Part shown: in pieces, positions 1-8,301 of the stretch
Position numbering within the stretch: the first letter of the stretch is position 1
Layout of the letters: every line of letters begins with the position of its first letter
From: Alphaproteobacteria bacterium
GTDB taxonomy: Bacteria; Pseudomonadota; Alphaproteobacteria; GCA-2731375
Assembly: GCA_965232515.1 (NCBI GenBank)
Contig: CBDDPY010000002.1
Coordinates: forward strand, 6,976,001 to 7,040,000
Length of the DNA stretch: 64,000 nucleotides
Reading direction: 5' to 3'
Notes under the pieces: model-generated
Seen by the model: the letters and a program-made list of their open reading frames with translations, nothing else
Database searches by the model: none
Told to the model about the DNA's origin: nothing
Position numbers and translations under genes: made by a program

Positions 1-1443
1 GAACATCTCCGGCGTGGTCGTTTCGCCGTCATCGCGAAAGGCCTCGACTCCAAAGTTGAGAGAAAGATCTCCGAAGCCAAGTGCAAATCGGCTGGTGTTT
101 TGGAGGCTGCCGCCAAATGTGGCCAGCTCGTAATCGATATGCCTGAATTCCCCCAAACGATCCGCGGTGCGGGCGCCGCGCTTTTCTTTGTTCTTGGTTT
201 GCGTGTACCAAATCTGAGTATCGATATGAAAAAGATCGCTCTCCGGATCCCATTCAAAGGATGCCGTCAGAGTATTGTTGGTAACATCCTGCTCATCTTC
301 CCGCTTGAAAGTCTCTTCAATGGTATCTCCCCGGTAGATGCCCTGGCTCGAGTCTGTTTGGTTGTGGAACCATCCCACGATCAGCCTGGCGTTGTCGGTG
401 ATGTCCGCCTCTGCCTTGAGCAAGCCCGACCAGGTCTCCGATCCGCTGAAAAGGAGTCCCTCGTCTCTGTAGGTCCCCTCCCAGATGTCGATATCGCCGT
501 TCCCCCCGATGTCGTACGCGCCGATGTCCCTGTGGCTGACGCCGCCGAGAAGGGAGAGCCTGTCGCCAATGCGGGTGGCCACCGCGGCGGAACCGTGGAA
601 ATTGTATTCGTTCGTGCCAGTCGCCGCGTTCAGTTCGGTACCCCAACGCCGGCCAGGTTCGATGAGATCATCCGCGATGAGCGTACGGAAATTCACCGTG
701 CCGCCGAGCGCGCCGGCGCCGCCAACGGCGGATGTTGCGCTCTTCTCGATCTCCACCTGTCGGATGAAGCTGGTATCGACATAGGTCCGCTGGGTCGAGC
801 CATGCGCGTTTCGCTGAAAATTCTGCCGCGCGCCGTCGATCATTGTGACGACGCGGTTTTGGTCCTGAAGACCGCGGACATTCACGCTTATGCCGGGATT
901 CTGCCCCTCGGACCGATTGGCATAGACACCCGCGACATTGTCGAGCAAATCGCGCGCGTTTCGCGACGGGGCGCGCTCGATGGCTTCGCGCGAAATCACG
1001 CTGACACTGGCCGGCGTCTCGTAAACCCAGTCCGGCGTGCCTTGATAGCCCGAACCCGAGGCGGCGGTACGATCGTCGCTGGCGGTAATCGTGATCGGGG
1101 ACAGCTTCATCGGCCCGCCGTCCGCCTGTCCGCCTTTGATCTCTAGTGTTACCGCGTCGACGCTCGTGTAGCGGTAAGTAAGATCGCTGCCCGCGAGGAG
1201 CTGGCGCAACGCCACCGCCGAGGTATAGCTGCCGCGCACACCGGCCGAGGTTTTGCCTTTGGCGATCCGAGCGTCGAACAGGACTTCCAGTCCGCTCTGC
1301 TCGGCGAAGGCCAGAAGCGCCGAGGATAGCGGCTGGGGCACGATCTCAAAGGCGTGTGTTTCGGCTTGCTGTGCTGCGGCCATTCCCGCGGCGCCAAGAC
1401 CCAAGACGATACTAAAGGCCCATACGCATACCCTGGTCATCAT
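1..1443 (-). CDS. TonB-dependent heme/hemoglobin-type receptor with N-terminal signalling (STN) domain; 3' end runs off the window
   Basis: Not in the ORF track (no stop in window). Manual translation from ATG 1443: MMTRVCVWAFSIVLGLGAAGMAAAQQAETHAFEIVPQPLSSALLAFAEQSG (signal peptide + STN), then plug motifs TPASVSVISRE, VNVRGLQDQNRV, IDGARQNFQRNAHG, GALGGTVNFRT. Lies downstream of fecI-fecR. Confidence 0.85.
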   Translation of the reverse strand, partial: MMTRVCVWAFSIVLGLGAAGMAAAQQAETHAFEIVPQPLSSALLAFAEQSGLEVLFDARIAKGKTSAGVRGSYTSAVALRQLLAGSDLTYRYTSVDAVTLEIKGGQADGGPMKLSPITITASDDRTAASGSGYQGTPDWVYETPASVSVISREAIERAPSRNARDLLDNVAGVYANRSEGQNPGISVNVRGLQDQNRVVTMIDGARQNFQRNAHGSTQRTYVDTSFIRQVEIEKSATSAVGGAGALGGTVNFRTLIADDLIEPGRRWGTELNAATGTNEYNFHGSAAVATRIGDRLSLLGGVSHRDIGAYDIGGNGDIDIWEGTYRDEGLLFSGSETWSGLLKAEADITDNARLIVGWFHNQTDSSQGIYRGDTIEETFKREDEQDVTNNTLTASFEWDPESDLFHIDTQIWYTQTKNKEKRGARTADRLGEFRHIDYELATFGGSLQNTSRFALGFGDLSLNFGVEAFRDDGETTTPEMF

Positions 1444-1492
1444 GACCTGTCCCTAACTCCCGCCGCTATCGCCGATGGTCGTGCATTCATTG

Positions 1493-1513
1493 GGCGCGAA
1501 TGCGTCTCATTTG
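1493..1513. promoter_or_regulatory. Fur-like box upstream of receptor 1
   Basis: GGCGCGAATGCGTCTCATTTG resembles the imperfect palindromes at 3276, 5983, 10765 and 12643. Confidence 0.45.
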
Positions 1514-1528
1514 CAGTAACTATGATGG

Positions 1529-1557
1529 AAGACGGGAAAGGTCCGGGGGACCATTAC
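1529..1557 (-). promoter_or_regulatory. Putative ECF sigma promoter, type A, for receptor 1
   Basis: Minus strand GTAATGG-N16-CGTCTT; same boxes and spacing as 2682-2710. Confidence 0.65.
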
Positions 1558-1579
1558 AAGCGGAATGAAAAAAGTTTTG

Positions 1580-1614
1580 GGCCGTAGTCCCGAGTCGGCC
1601 GATGGGCTACGGCC
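1580..1614 (-). terminator. Stem-loop after fecR1
   Basis: GGCCGTAG...CTACGGCC inverted repeat just past the stop codon, with a T-rich tract shortly after on the minus strand. Confidence 0.45.
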
Positions 1615-1619
1615 TCGGT

Positions 1620-2600
1620 CTACGACGTGGGATCGGCGTCGACCAGGATAAGCAGATCGCTCAGGCGGCGCAGCCGCACCGGCAGTGATCGCTCGATTGT
1701 CTCGAGCGTGGCGTCGGTGTCCGTGATGGCGAACGATCCGGTGACGCGGAGGGCCTCAACCGCACTGTCCAGAATGACGATCCGCCCCCTACGGTAGCGT
1801 TCTAACTCGCCGAGAACTTCGCCCAGCGGCCGGTTGTCGAAGACCAGTCTTCCCCGGCGCCACGCGAGGGCCGTCGCTGCATCGGCCTTGGTAATCGTAC
1901 CAAGTCCGGCATTGGTGACGCGAATGCTCTGCCCCACGGCGACGACCGCCGAACCCTGGCCGTGATCCGATACCGCGACGTTGCTCTCCGTCACGATCAC
2001 CTCGACCCCACCCTCTATGTGTCGCGCCGAAAAAGCGGTGCCAAGGACTTCGATGCGCCCAATGGAGGCGTCCACGATGAAGGAGCGGGCCGCGTCCCTC
2101 GCAACCTCGAAGTACGCTTCGCCAGCGTGCAGCGTGACCTCGCGACTGTCGGCGTTGATGTCAACGGAGAGAGCGGTGTCCGTGTTGAGGTGTACCGTAG
2201 AACCATCTACCAGTCCGATCATGCGTTGCTCGCCCGGCCAGGTGCGGTGGTCGGCGAAGAGGCCCGGTCTGGTAAGACCGTAGGCACTAACGCAGACCGC
2301 AACGGTTACCGAGGCGGCAATCGCCATCCGACGCAAGGCGTGCCGGCGGCCAGGAGAGGCCGGGCCCGCTGTATTGGTCCGGGTGCTTTTCGCGCCGTTT
2401 CGGTCATCCGGACACCGGGCGATTCGATCGAGGCCCGCCCAGAGGCGCTCGATCTCCCGATAGGCCTCGGCATGGGCCGGGTCGGCTTCCCGCCAAGCCT
2501 CGAATTCCCCCCGGTCGCTATCGGAGATCTCCTCGTCACGCAAACGCACGAACCATGCCGTGGCCGCGTCCTCTACCGATAGTCCGTTGGATTCGTGCAT
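1620..2600 (-). CDS. fecR: FecR-family anti-sigma/transmembrane sensor
   Basis: AATAWFVRL, FEAWREADPAH, L.DGSTVHLNTDT, GEAYFEV, AWRRGRLVF motifs. Start taken at MHESN (track ORF starts at 2657). Confidence 0.9.
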   Translation of the reverse strand: MHESNGLSVEDAATAWFVRLRDEEISDSDRGEFEAWREADPAHAEAYREIERLWAGLDRIARCPDDRNGAKSTRTNTAGPASPGRRHALRRMAIAASVTVAVCVSAYGLTRPGLFADHRTWPGEQRMIGLVDGSTVHLNTDTALSVDINADSREVTLHAGEAYFEVARDAARSFIVDASIGRIEVLGTAFSARHIEGGVEVIVTESNVAVSDHGQGSAVVAVGQSIRVTNAGLGTITKADAATALAWRRGRLVFDNRPLGEVLGELERYRRGRIVILDSAVEALRVTGSFAITDTDATLETIERSLPVRLRRLSDLLILVDADPTS

Positions 2601-2681
2601 CAGGAGATCTTGCCTGCCAGAAGGTGGTTGGTCGTGCGCACCTCCAAATCCTTGCACTGCCTATGTCGCCTCCCATCGCAT

Positions 2682-2710
2682 AAGACGTTGTCCGCCAGCA
2701 TCGCCATTAC
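2682..2710 (-). promoter_or_regulatory. Putative ECF sigma promoter, type A, for fecR1
   Basis: Minus strand GTAATGG-N16-CGTCTT in the fecI-fecR gap. Confidence 0.65.
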
Positions 2711-2732
2711 TCAAAAATTCCATCTTCATATG

Positions 2733-3230
2733 TCAGTCCTTGGAAAGCCGATCGCGGCAGTGTGCGAGTGCCCGCATCATGTGCACCATCACTGTGTTTT
2801 TGGAGATGCCGAGTCGCTCGGCGATCGCTCCATAGCTAAGGCCGTCGAACTTATGAAGCAGCATGACGTCCCGCTGGCGCGGCGGCAGCTCTTCTATGGC
2901 CCGTTCCAGGCGGCGCAACTCGTCCCGTGTCAGAAGCGCCCATTCCGGGCTCGGCGCCTCGTCCGGGATCGCATCCCAAAGGGATGTGTCGGCTAAATCG
3001 GCCCGCCGCTTCATGCCGCGGAAATGGTCGGCCAGCAAGTTCGACGCAATCCGATAGAGGTAGGCGCGTGGGTTCTCCACCGTGCCAGGGGGCTCGCTGC
3101 GCAGCAGCCGGACGAAGACCTCCTGCGTCAGGTCCGCGGCCGTCTGAGCGCAGTTCAGTCGCCGGGTCAGGTAGCGGCGAAGCTCCTCGCCATGCTCCGA
3201 GTAAAACCGTCTGACATCGCTATGCCGCAC
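2733..3230 (-). CDS. fecI: FecI-like ECF sigma-70 factor
   Basis: AADLTQEVFVRL, AYLYRIASNL, LPPRQRDV..L.KFDGLSY..IAERLGIS; adjacent to fecR. Confidence 0.9.
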   Translation of the reverse strand: MRHSDVRRFYSEHGEELRRYLTRRLNCAQTAADLTQEVFVRLLRSEPPGTVENPRAYLYRIASNLLADHFRGMKRRADLADTSLWDAIPDEAPSPEWALLTRDELRRLERAIEELPPRQRDVMLLHKFDGLSYGAIAERLGISKNTVMVHMMRALAHCRDRLSKD

Positions 3231-3275
3231 CGAAATTCAACTTTCGAGAACTAATACGCACTTAACCCCTATCGC

Positions 3276-3296
3276 AATTGAGAACCGTTCGCAATT
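3276..3296. promoter_or_regulatory. Fur-like box upstream of fecI1
   Basis: AATTGAGAACCGTTCGCAATT, a near-perfect 21-bp palindrome matching the alphaproteobacterial Fur motif type (TGCGA-N5-TCTCA). Confidence 0.7.
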
Positions 3297-3504
3297 TCAT
3301 TTGCCTTCAACGACTTGCGTGTCCGCCGACATTCAACGAAGGCCAGTGGCGGTTTAGAGCACTTGCACTGTCTTTCAGGCAGGACTGACGTGCCTGTTAT
3401 CATCTGCGTCTTCAATTCGGCCGGAAAGAGCGCACCGGAATAGGAGGAAGACCTCGCGACGGTTGCCGACCTTTCTTCGTAGACTGACGAAAGAACGCTG
3501 GCCG

Positions 3505-4314
3505 TCAGGTGATGAAGAACTGCACGGGCACAATGAACTCCAGACGTTCCTTACGCATATCGTCGGGTATGGGAGGGAGCGGCTGTGCGCTCTCCAACAT
3601 GTCAAGGGCCGCGTCATCGAGCAGACGATGTCCGGAGCTTTCTCGAATGCGTGAGTCGATTACGCGACCTTCCCGGTCGACAACGATGTAGAGCAGAACG
3701 ACACCCTGTTGGCGCCGTTGTTGGGCGGCCCGAGGATACTCTTTATGGCGCTCAAGCCAAGCGAGCAGCACGGAGGCATAGTCGGCCTCGGCTCCTGCCA
3801 TTCCGCCAGCGCTTGCGTCAGCCGCGCTGTTTCCAGCGTCCCGACTATCTTGGGTGCCGGCCTTACCGCCCGCGCCTGGCGTGAACGGTTCGACATCCGC
3901 AAGATCGATCTCCGGTATTGGCTCGATAAGTGTCGGCCGCACAGGTGCTTCGGGCTTGCGCATCGGCGGTGGCGGCGCCAGTTCCGCGATTTCGGCCGGC
4001 GTCTCGATAACCTCGGGAATCTCCGGCTCCGCTGGCTCGGATTGCGGTTCGGGCATCGGTTGCGCTGTTTCCGGTGGCGGCGGCTCGGTTGCTGGTTCAG
4101 TTGGCGCGACCTCATCCGCGTCTGTCGGACGTGGTTGAGCAGCGACACCGCCCGGCGCGCCGCCGGCGGGACCAAGGGCGATCTCTATGCCGCCTATCCC
4201 GGGCGCCTTTGCCCCCGCATCCGCTCGTTGCCAGAGCATGGCGGCGGCGACGCCAGCATGAAACACGATGGCCGTGATGACTGCAATCATCCAATGCCGG
4301 CTTCCCATCCGCAT
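3505..4314 (-). CDS. tonB: TonB energy transducer
   Basis: N-terminal TM helix with His (AIVFHAG), Pro/Glu-rich linker, C-terminal YPRAAQQRRQQGVV...SSGHRLLDDAAL. Start MRMGS overlaps the exbD stop (TGATG). Confidence 0.9.
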   Translation of the reverse strand: MRMGSRHWMIAVITAIVFHAGVAAAMLWQRADAGAKAPGIGGIEIALGPAGGAPGGVAAQPRPTDADEVAPTEPATEPPPPETAQPMPEPQSEPAEPEIPEVIETPAEIAELAPPPPMRKPEAPVRPTLIEPIPEIDLADVEPFTPGAGGKAGTQDSRDAGNSAADASAGGMAGAEADYASVLLAWLERHKEYPRAAQQRRQQGVVLLYIVVDREGRVIDSRIRESSGHRLLDDAALDMLESAQPLPPIPDDMRKERLEFIVPVQFFIT

Positions 4315-4730
4315 CAGTCGGCCCCGTCGATCACGGCCGGTATTGTCAGCAACTTCAGACGCTCCACGCCAGCTTCGCGCAGAATTTCCATGATTGTGAT
4401 GACTTGCACCGAATCCGTCCCGCTGTCGGCTTTCAGCCATACTTGTAGGCTGGCGTCGCCGATCAGCCTTTTCGCAACAGATTCCTCAAGGGAGGCTTGA
4501 TCGATCCGTTCGCCGTCGACGGCAAGGTCTCCATTGGCGCCGATCACGATTACCAGTTCGCGCGCATCAATCGTCCCCTCGCTGGCTGACCGCGGCGGCG
4601 TGACTTCGATCGGGTCGACTGAGGCCAGCTTGCCTGTCAGCATAAAAAAGATCAGCAGCAAGAACACCACGTTGATCAAGGGCAGGATCCGTTCGTCGTC
4701 ACTCTTCGGCCGGGGCGGTTGAAAGCGCAT
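4314..4730 (-). CDS. exbD: ExbD/TolR biopolymer transporter (TM Asp replaced: PLINVVFLLL)
   Basis: ILPLINVVFLLLIFFML, LKAD motif; operon context. Confidence 0.88.
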   Translation of the reverse strand: MRFQPPRPKSDDERILPLINVVFLLLIFFMLTGKLASVDPIEVTPPRSASEGTIDARELVIVIGANGDLAVDGERIDQASLEESVAKRLIGDASLQVWLKADSGTDSVQVITIMEILREAGVERLKLLTIPAVIDGAD

Positions 4731-4733
4731 ATC

Positions 4734-5156
4734 TCACCCGCCGCCGTCGCGGATCAGCGACATATCCGCAACGCCGATCGCTTTCAGCCGGTCGAGCACA
4801 TCGACCGTGCGCTGCAACGGAACACCTTCGGACGGTTTGATCAGCACGCGTTGATCGGGCTTGACGACGAGGCGTTCGCCGACGCGGCCGGCCAGGGCAT
4901 CGAGCGTCACCGGCTCGGCCGCCAGCCGCAAGCCGTCGGGCTTGATCTCTATGAGAAGCGCGCCCTCGGTGGATGCGGCGGCGCCAGACGCCTGAACCGG
5001 TGCGTCGAGATCGATCGCCCGCCAGTCGAGGAAGCTCGACGCCAGCATGAAGAAGATCAGCAAGATGAAGACCACGTCTATCAGCGGTGTAAGGCTGATG
5101 AGCGGGCGCTTGCGTGCCGGCTTACTCAGCAGCGGTGGCGAGGTTGCTCCGGTCAC
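4734..5156 (-). CDS. exbD: ExbD/TolR biopolymer transporter
   Basis: ISLTPLIDVVFILLIFFML motif. Confidence 0.9.
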   Translation of the reverse strand: MTGATSPPLLSKPARKRPLISLTPLIDVVFILLIFFMLASSFLDWRAIDLDAPVQASGAAASTEGALLIEIKPDGLRLAAEPVTLDALAGRVGERLVVKPDQRVLIKPSEGVPLQRTVDVLDRLKAIGVADMSLIRDGGG

Positions 5157-5919
5157 GGTGCGTGTCTTTCTGCTTTTTATCTTCTTGATTGTGGACCTCC
5201 TCCGACAGATCCTCCGTGAAGACCTGGGTGACGAGGTTGTCCATTTCGTGCGCGAGCCCGTCGACCCGGCGTTCCAGCCAGTTGAGGACCGCGACCACCG
5301 GAATGGCGACGGCGAGGCCCACGGCGGTTGTCAGGAGCGCCTGCCAGATGCCGCCGGACAAGATGGCTGGATTGACCTGGTTGCCCGCAGCTTCGAGCTC
5401 CTGAAAGGCCTCTATCATGCCGAGCACCGTGCCAAACAGGCCGAGTAGCGGCGCCAAGGAGGCGATCACCTCCAGAATCCGAAACCCACCACGGAGGTTC
5501 TCGAGCACGTCGCCGCCGTAGCGGAGGAGTTCCTCGCGGATTTTCACCTCGGGTACGCCGCGCTGCAAACCACGGATCGCGCGCGCCAGAACCTCGCCGA
5601 CCGGGCTGCGGGCGCGTTTGGCCGCGGCGAGGGCTTCCTTCGTCTTACCTTCTTTGTACAGATGAAGCGCCTTACGGCCGTTGCGGCTCCGGCCCACATT
5701 GGTCCGGCTGAATTGCCAAAGTTTCAGAAGGATAACTGCCGTCGCCAGCACCGACATGGCGATCAGGATCATGACCACCGGACCGCCGGCCTGGATCATG
5801 TCGAAAGCCTGTTGAAAACCGTCGGCAGGAACTGCTTGTTCCTCTAGGCCCTCGACCGGCGACACCGCATCGGCGGCATCCTCGTCTGTCACGATTTCTG
5901 TTGTTGTCTGTTCATCCAT
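5122..5919 (-). CDS. exbB: ExbB/MotA/TolQ proton channel
   Basis: APLLGLFGTVLGMI, GGIWQALLTTAVGLAVAIP. Confidence 0.92.
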   Translation of the reverse strand: MDEQTTTEIVTDEDAADAVSPVEGLEEQAVPADGFQQAFDMIQAGGPVVMILIAMSVLATAVILLKLWQFSRTNVGRSRNGRKALHLYKEGKTKEALAAAKRARSPVGEVLARAIRGLQRGVPEVKIREELLRYGGDVLENLRGGFRILEVIASLAPLLGLFGTVLGMIEAFQELEAAGNQVNPAILSGGIWQALLTTAVGLAVAIPVVAVLNWLERRVDGLAHEMDNLVTQVFTEDLSEEVHNQEDKKQKDTHRDRSNLATAAE

Positions 5920-5982
5920 ACAAGTTGCCCCTTGGTCCGGCCACCGGGGCGTTTCGCATTCGCCGTGCCCCTCCTGTGCTAA

Positions 5983-6003
5983 ATCTGAGAATGAGACGCA
6001 TTA
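5983..6003. promoter_or_regulatory. Fur-like box upstream of exbB
   Basis: ATCTGAGAATGAGACGCATTA, similar to the other four boxes. Confidence 0.5.
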
Positions 6004-6022
6004 CCATTAAATCCAACGTGCC

Positions 6023-6334
6023 TCAACGAGAGTTGCGGGAGATGCCGTCGGATGCCGCGGTTGCGGCGCGCAGCACATAAGGTAAGAGGAACGCCAATGT
6101 CAGACCTGCGGCGGTCAGCGTGCCGAACCATCCCACGACGCCGGTTGCTACTCCCCAAGCGCGGATAGAAAAGGCAAGAGACAATCCGAGACAGAGCCAG
6201 CCGATAATGCGAAGGGCGGTACGCGCCAACGGAGTCTGGTGGCCTGTCCAAACCAGCCGCTGCCGCCATTGCATCGCGAGCCAAAGTCCGACGAAGCCCG
6301 AATAGGCTAGTAACAGGGCAAGCGCTGCGTTCAT
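6023..6334 (-). CDS. DUF3325-like small membrane protein
   Basis: MNAALALLLAYSGFVGLWLAMQ...LRIIGW...GVVGWFG; ATG overlaps the PepSY stop; usual partner of PepSY-TM/DUF3649. Confidence 0.75.
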   Translation of the reverse strand: MNAALALLLAYSGFVGLWLAMQWRQRLVWTGHQTPLARTALRIIGWLCLGLSLAFSIRAWGVATGVVGWFGTLTAAGLTLAFLLPYVLRAATAASDGISRNSR

Positions 6335-7911
6335 GAGCGGCGCTCCGCCCGCACTTGAGATGACGCGACTGCGAACCGAGCCGAATGTCTTGGGCTCGAA
6401 CGGCGACTTATCGAGCGATGGACGTGCAAGGCCAAGTAGGCGAGGAGCAGACCAATGGCCAATGCGGCCAGGTCGAAACCCGCTAGAACCCAATTCCTAT
6501 TCGCCAAGGTGACGCCGAGATGAGCGCTGGTCGTCACCGCGTTCAGAATTGGCAAGGCGAAAAAGAGAAGTGCGGCGAAAGCGAGTTGCTCTGACCATGC
6601 CCTTTCAATGGGACGTACAATGGCGTGGGCGCCAGCTAACAGCCATGCCGCAAAAAAGACGGTGACTTCCCAATCAGGACGCTGAGCAATGCTCACTGGC
6701 AGAAGTCGATTGGCCCAGAAGAAAGCGGCGATGGCGATCGGCAACCCAACGATCGTTCCGACATTGAGGTTTTCCACGAGCCGCCGGCCAAAGCCTATCC
6801 GCGATTTATCAGTTTTCGGGCAACGCTTGACGGCCCAAAGCAAAAGGCCGGTCCCAATCATGGCGGTCCCGGCCATGCCCGAAAGGAAATATAGGAGCCG
6901 CAACAACGGATCGGCGAAGCGTCCCATATGCAGTCCGTACATGACGCCCTTTGTTTCGGCGGCCCACATCGTGTTGTCCATTGCAGCGACGACATCGCCC
7001 GAGACGCCATCGAAAGTGATCTTTCTGCGTTGGTAGGCGATCTGCGCCGAATCCGAGGCCGTCAATTCTATGAGCGCGTTGGCGTCTCCCGGTCGATGGA
7101 TATCGATGCGGCCAACCGTTACGCCGTCCCATCGCCGCGATGCTTCATCGAGGATTGGACCAAGCGCCACGAGAGGCGCAGAGATGTTGGAAGGTTCGAC
7201 ATTGATCGTGCTGAGCGCCATCTCTGAACGGAACGCGCGATCATCGCCTTGATAGACAATGTCTTTGCCCCACGGCATGTAGAGAAACATCAAAGTGATC
7301 AGCCCGGTGTACGTGATCATCAGGTGAAATGGCAGCGCCATCACGCCAACGATGTTGTGCGCATCGAGCCAGGAGCGCTGGGCGTTTTTGCCGGGCCTGA
7401 ACGTGAAGAAATCCTTGAAGATACGCCGGTGCGTGATCACGCCGCTAACGAGCGCAACGAGCATGATGATGGTAGCCGCCCCAACGATTAGCCGCCCCCA
7501 AACGGACGGCATATGCAGGTCGAAGTGGAAGTAATACAGAAAGTCGCCGCCATGAGTGGGGCGGGCTACGATGGGCGCTCCGGTCGACGTGTCCAGTGCC
7601 TCGCGATGAAAGGTCGGCTTCTCTCCTGGATCTCGCCAGACAAACAGGTGCGCTACCGGATCTCGATCGTCCGGCAAGTCGATAAGCCATCGACGTGCGT
7701 CCGGAGCGATCGTCCGCAGTCTGCTTAAAGCAACGGATGTCGCGTCCCGAGACGGAGCCATCTGACTGAGCTCAGGCTGCATCCACTGGGAAATCTCTTG
7801 TCGATAGACGCTTGCGGTTCCCGTGAGGAAGATGGCGAAAAGGAGCCACCCCACGACAAGACCGGACCAGGTGTGGAGCCACGCCATCGATTGTCGGAAA
7901 CCTGCCTTCAT
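6331..7911 (-). CDS. PepSY-associated TM domain protein (putative ferric-siderophore reductase)
   Basis: FRQSMAWLHTWSGL, YYFHFDLH, WLDAHN, YGLHMGRF His motifs. Confidence 0.9.
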   Translation of the reverse strand: MKAGFRQSMAWLHTWSGLVVGWLLFAIFLTGTASVYRQEISQWMQPELSQMAPSRDATSVALSRLRTIAPDARRWLIDLPDDRDPVAHLFVWRDPGEKPTFHREALDTSTGAPIVARPTHGGDFLYYFHFDLHMPSVWGRLIVGAATIIMLVALVSGVITHRRIFKDFFTFRPGKNAQRSWLDAHNIVGVMALPFHLMITYTGLITLMFLYMPWGKDIVYQGDDRAFRSEMALSTINVEPSNISAPLVALGPILDEASRRWDGVTVGRIDIHRPGDANALIELTASDSAQIAYQRRKITFDGVSGDVVAAMDNTMWAAETKGVMYGLHMGRFADPLLRLLYFLSGMAGTAMIGTGLLLWAVKRCPKTDKSRIGFGRRLVENLNVGTIVGLPIAIAAFFWANRLLPVSIAQRPDWEVTVFFAAWLLAGAHAIVRPIERAWSEQLAFAALLFFALPILNAVTTSAHLGVTLANRNWVLAGFDLAALAIGLLLAYLALHVHRSISRRSSPRHSARFAVASSQVRAERRS

Positions 7912-8210
7912 AACATGGTCCCGACCTTATGAACGGCGATGAGCATACCAAGCAGTGCAGCGCATAAAACCAGGCCGGCCCAGGCACGAGCGGCGCTTGG
8001 GGCGGAGAAAACCCACAAGATCACGGAAACATAGATGACGAAACTCGCCATCGTCCCGACAAGCACGGCCTCGGCGCGCGCCATTGGCAGAACGATCGAG
8101 AAGCATACGGCCGCCAGCGACGACAGTGCGTAGCCGCCGACCGCAGCAGCGACGACGCGGGATATGATCTGTATCCACACGCCGCGGTTCTTGATAGGGC
8201 TGGTAGGCAC
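7908..8210 (-). CDS. DUF3649-like membrane protein (start approximate)
   Basis: SRVVAAAVGGY...ARAEAV...SF...LWVFSA.SA.RAW; stop overlaps PepSY start. Confidence 0.75.
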   Translation of the reverse strand: MPTSPIKNRGVWIQIISRVVAAAVGGYALSSLAAVCFSIVLPMARAEAVLVGTMASFVIYVSVILWVFSAPSAARAWAGLVLCAALLGMLIAVHKVGTML

Positions 8211-8301
8211 GTTGAGAACACCGGGTTGTCGCGTAGTCGGCGTTCCCTGCAACGTCACCATCGGAACTCTAAAGGCGCGATCACGTTGCATCCGTTTCCT
8301 A

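Noticed and set aside
100-1146. 348-aa plus-strand ORF
   Set aside because: Antisense shadow of the TonB-dependent receptor on the minus strand; no recognisable motifs.
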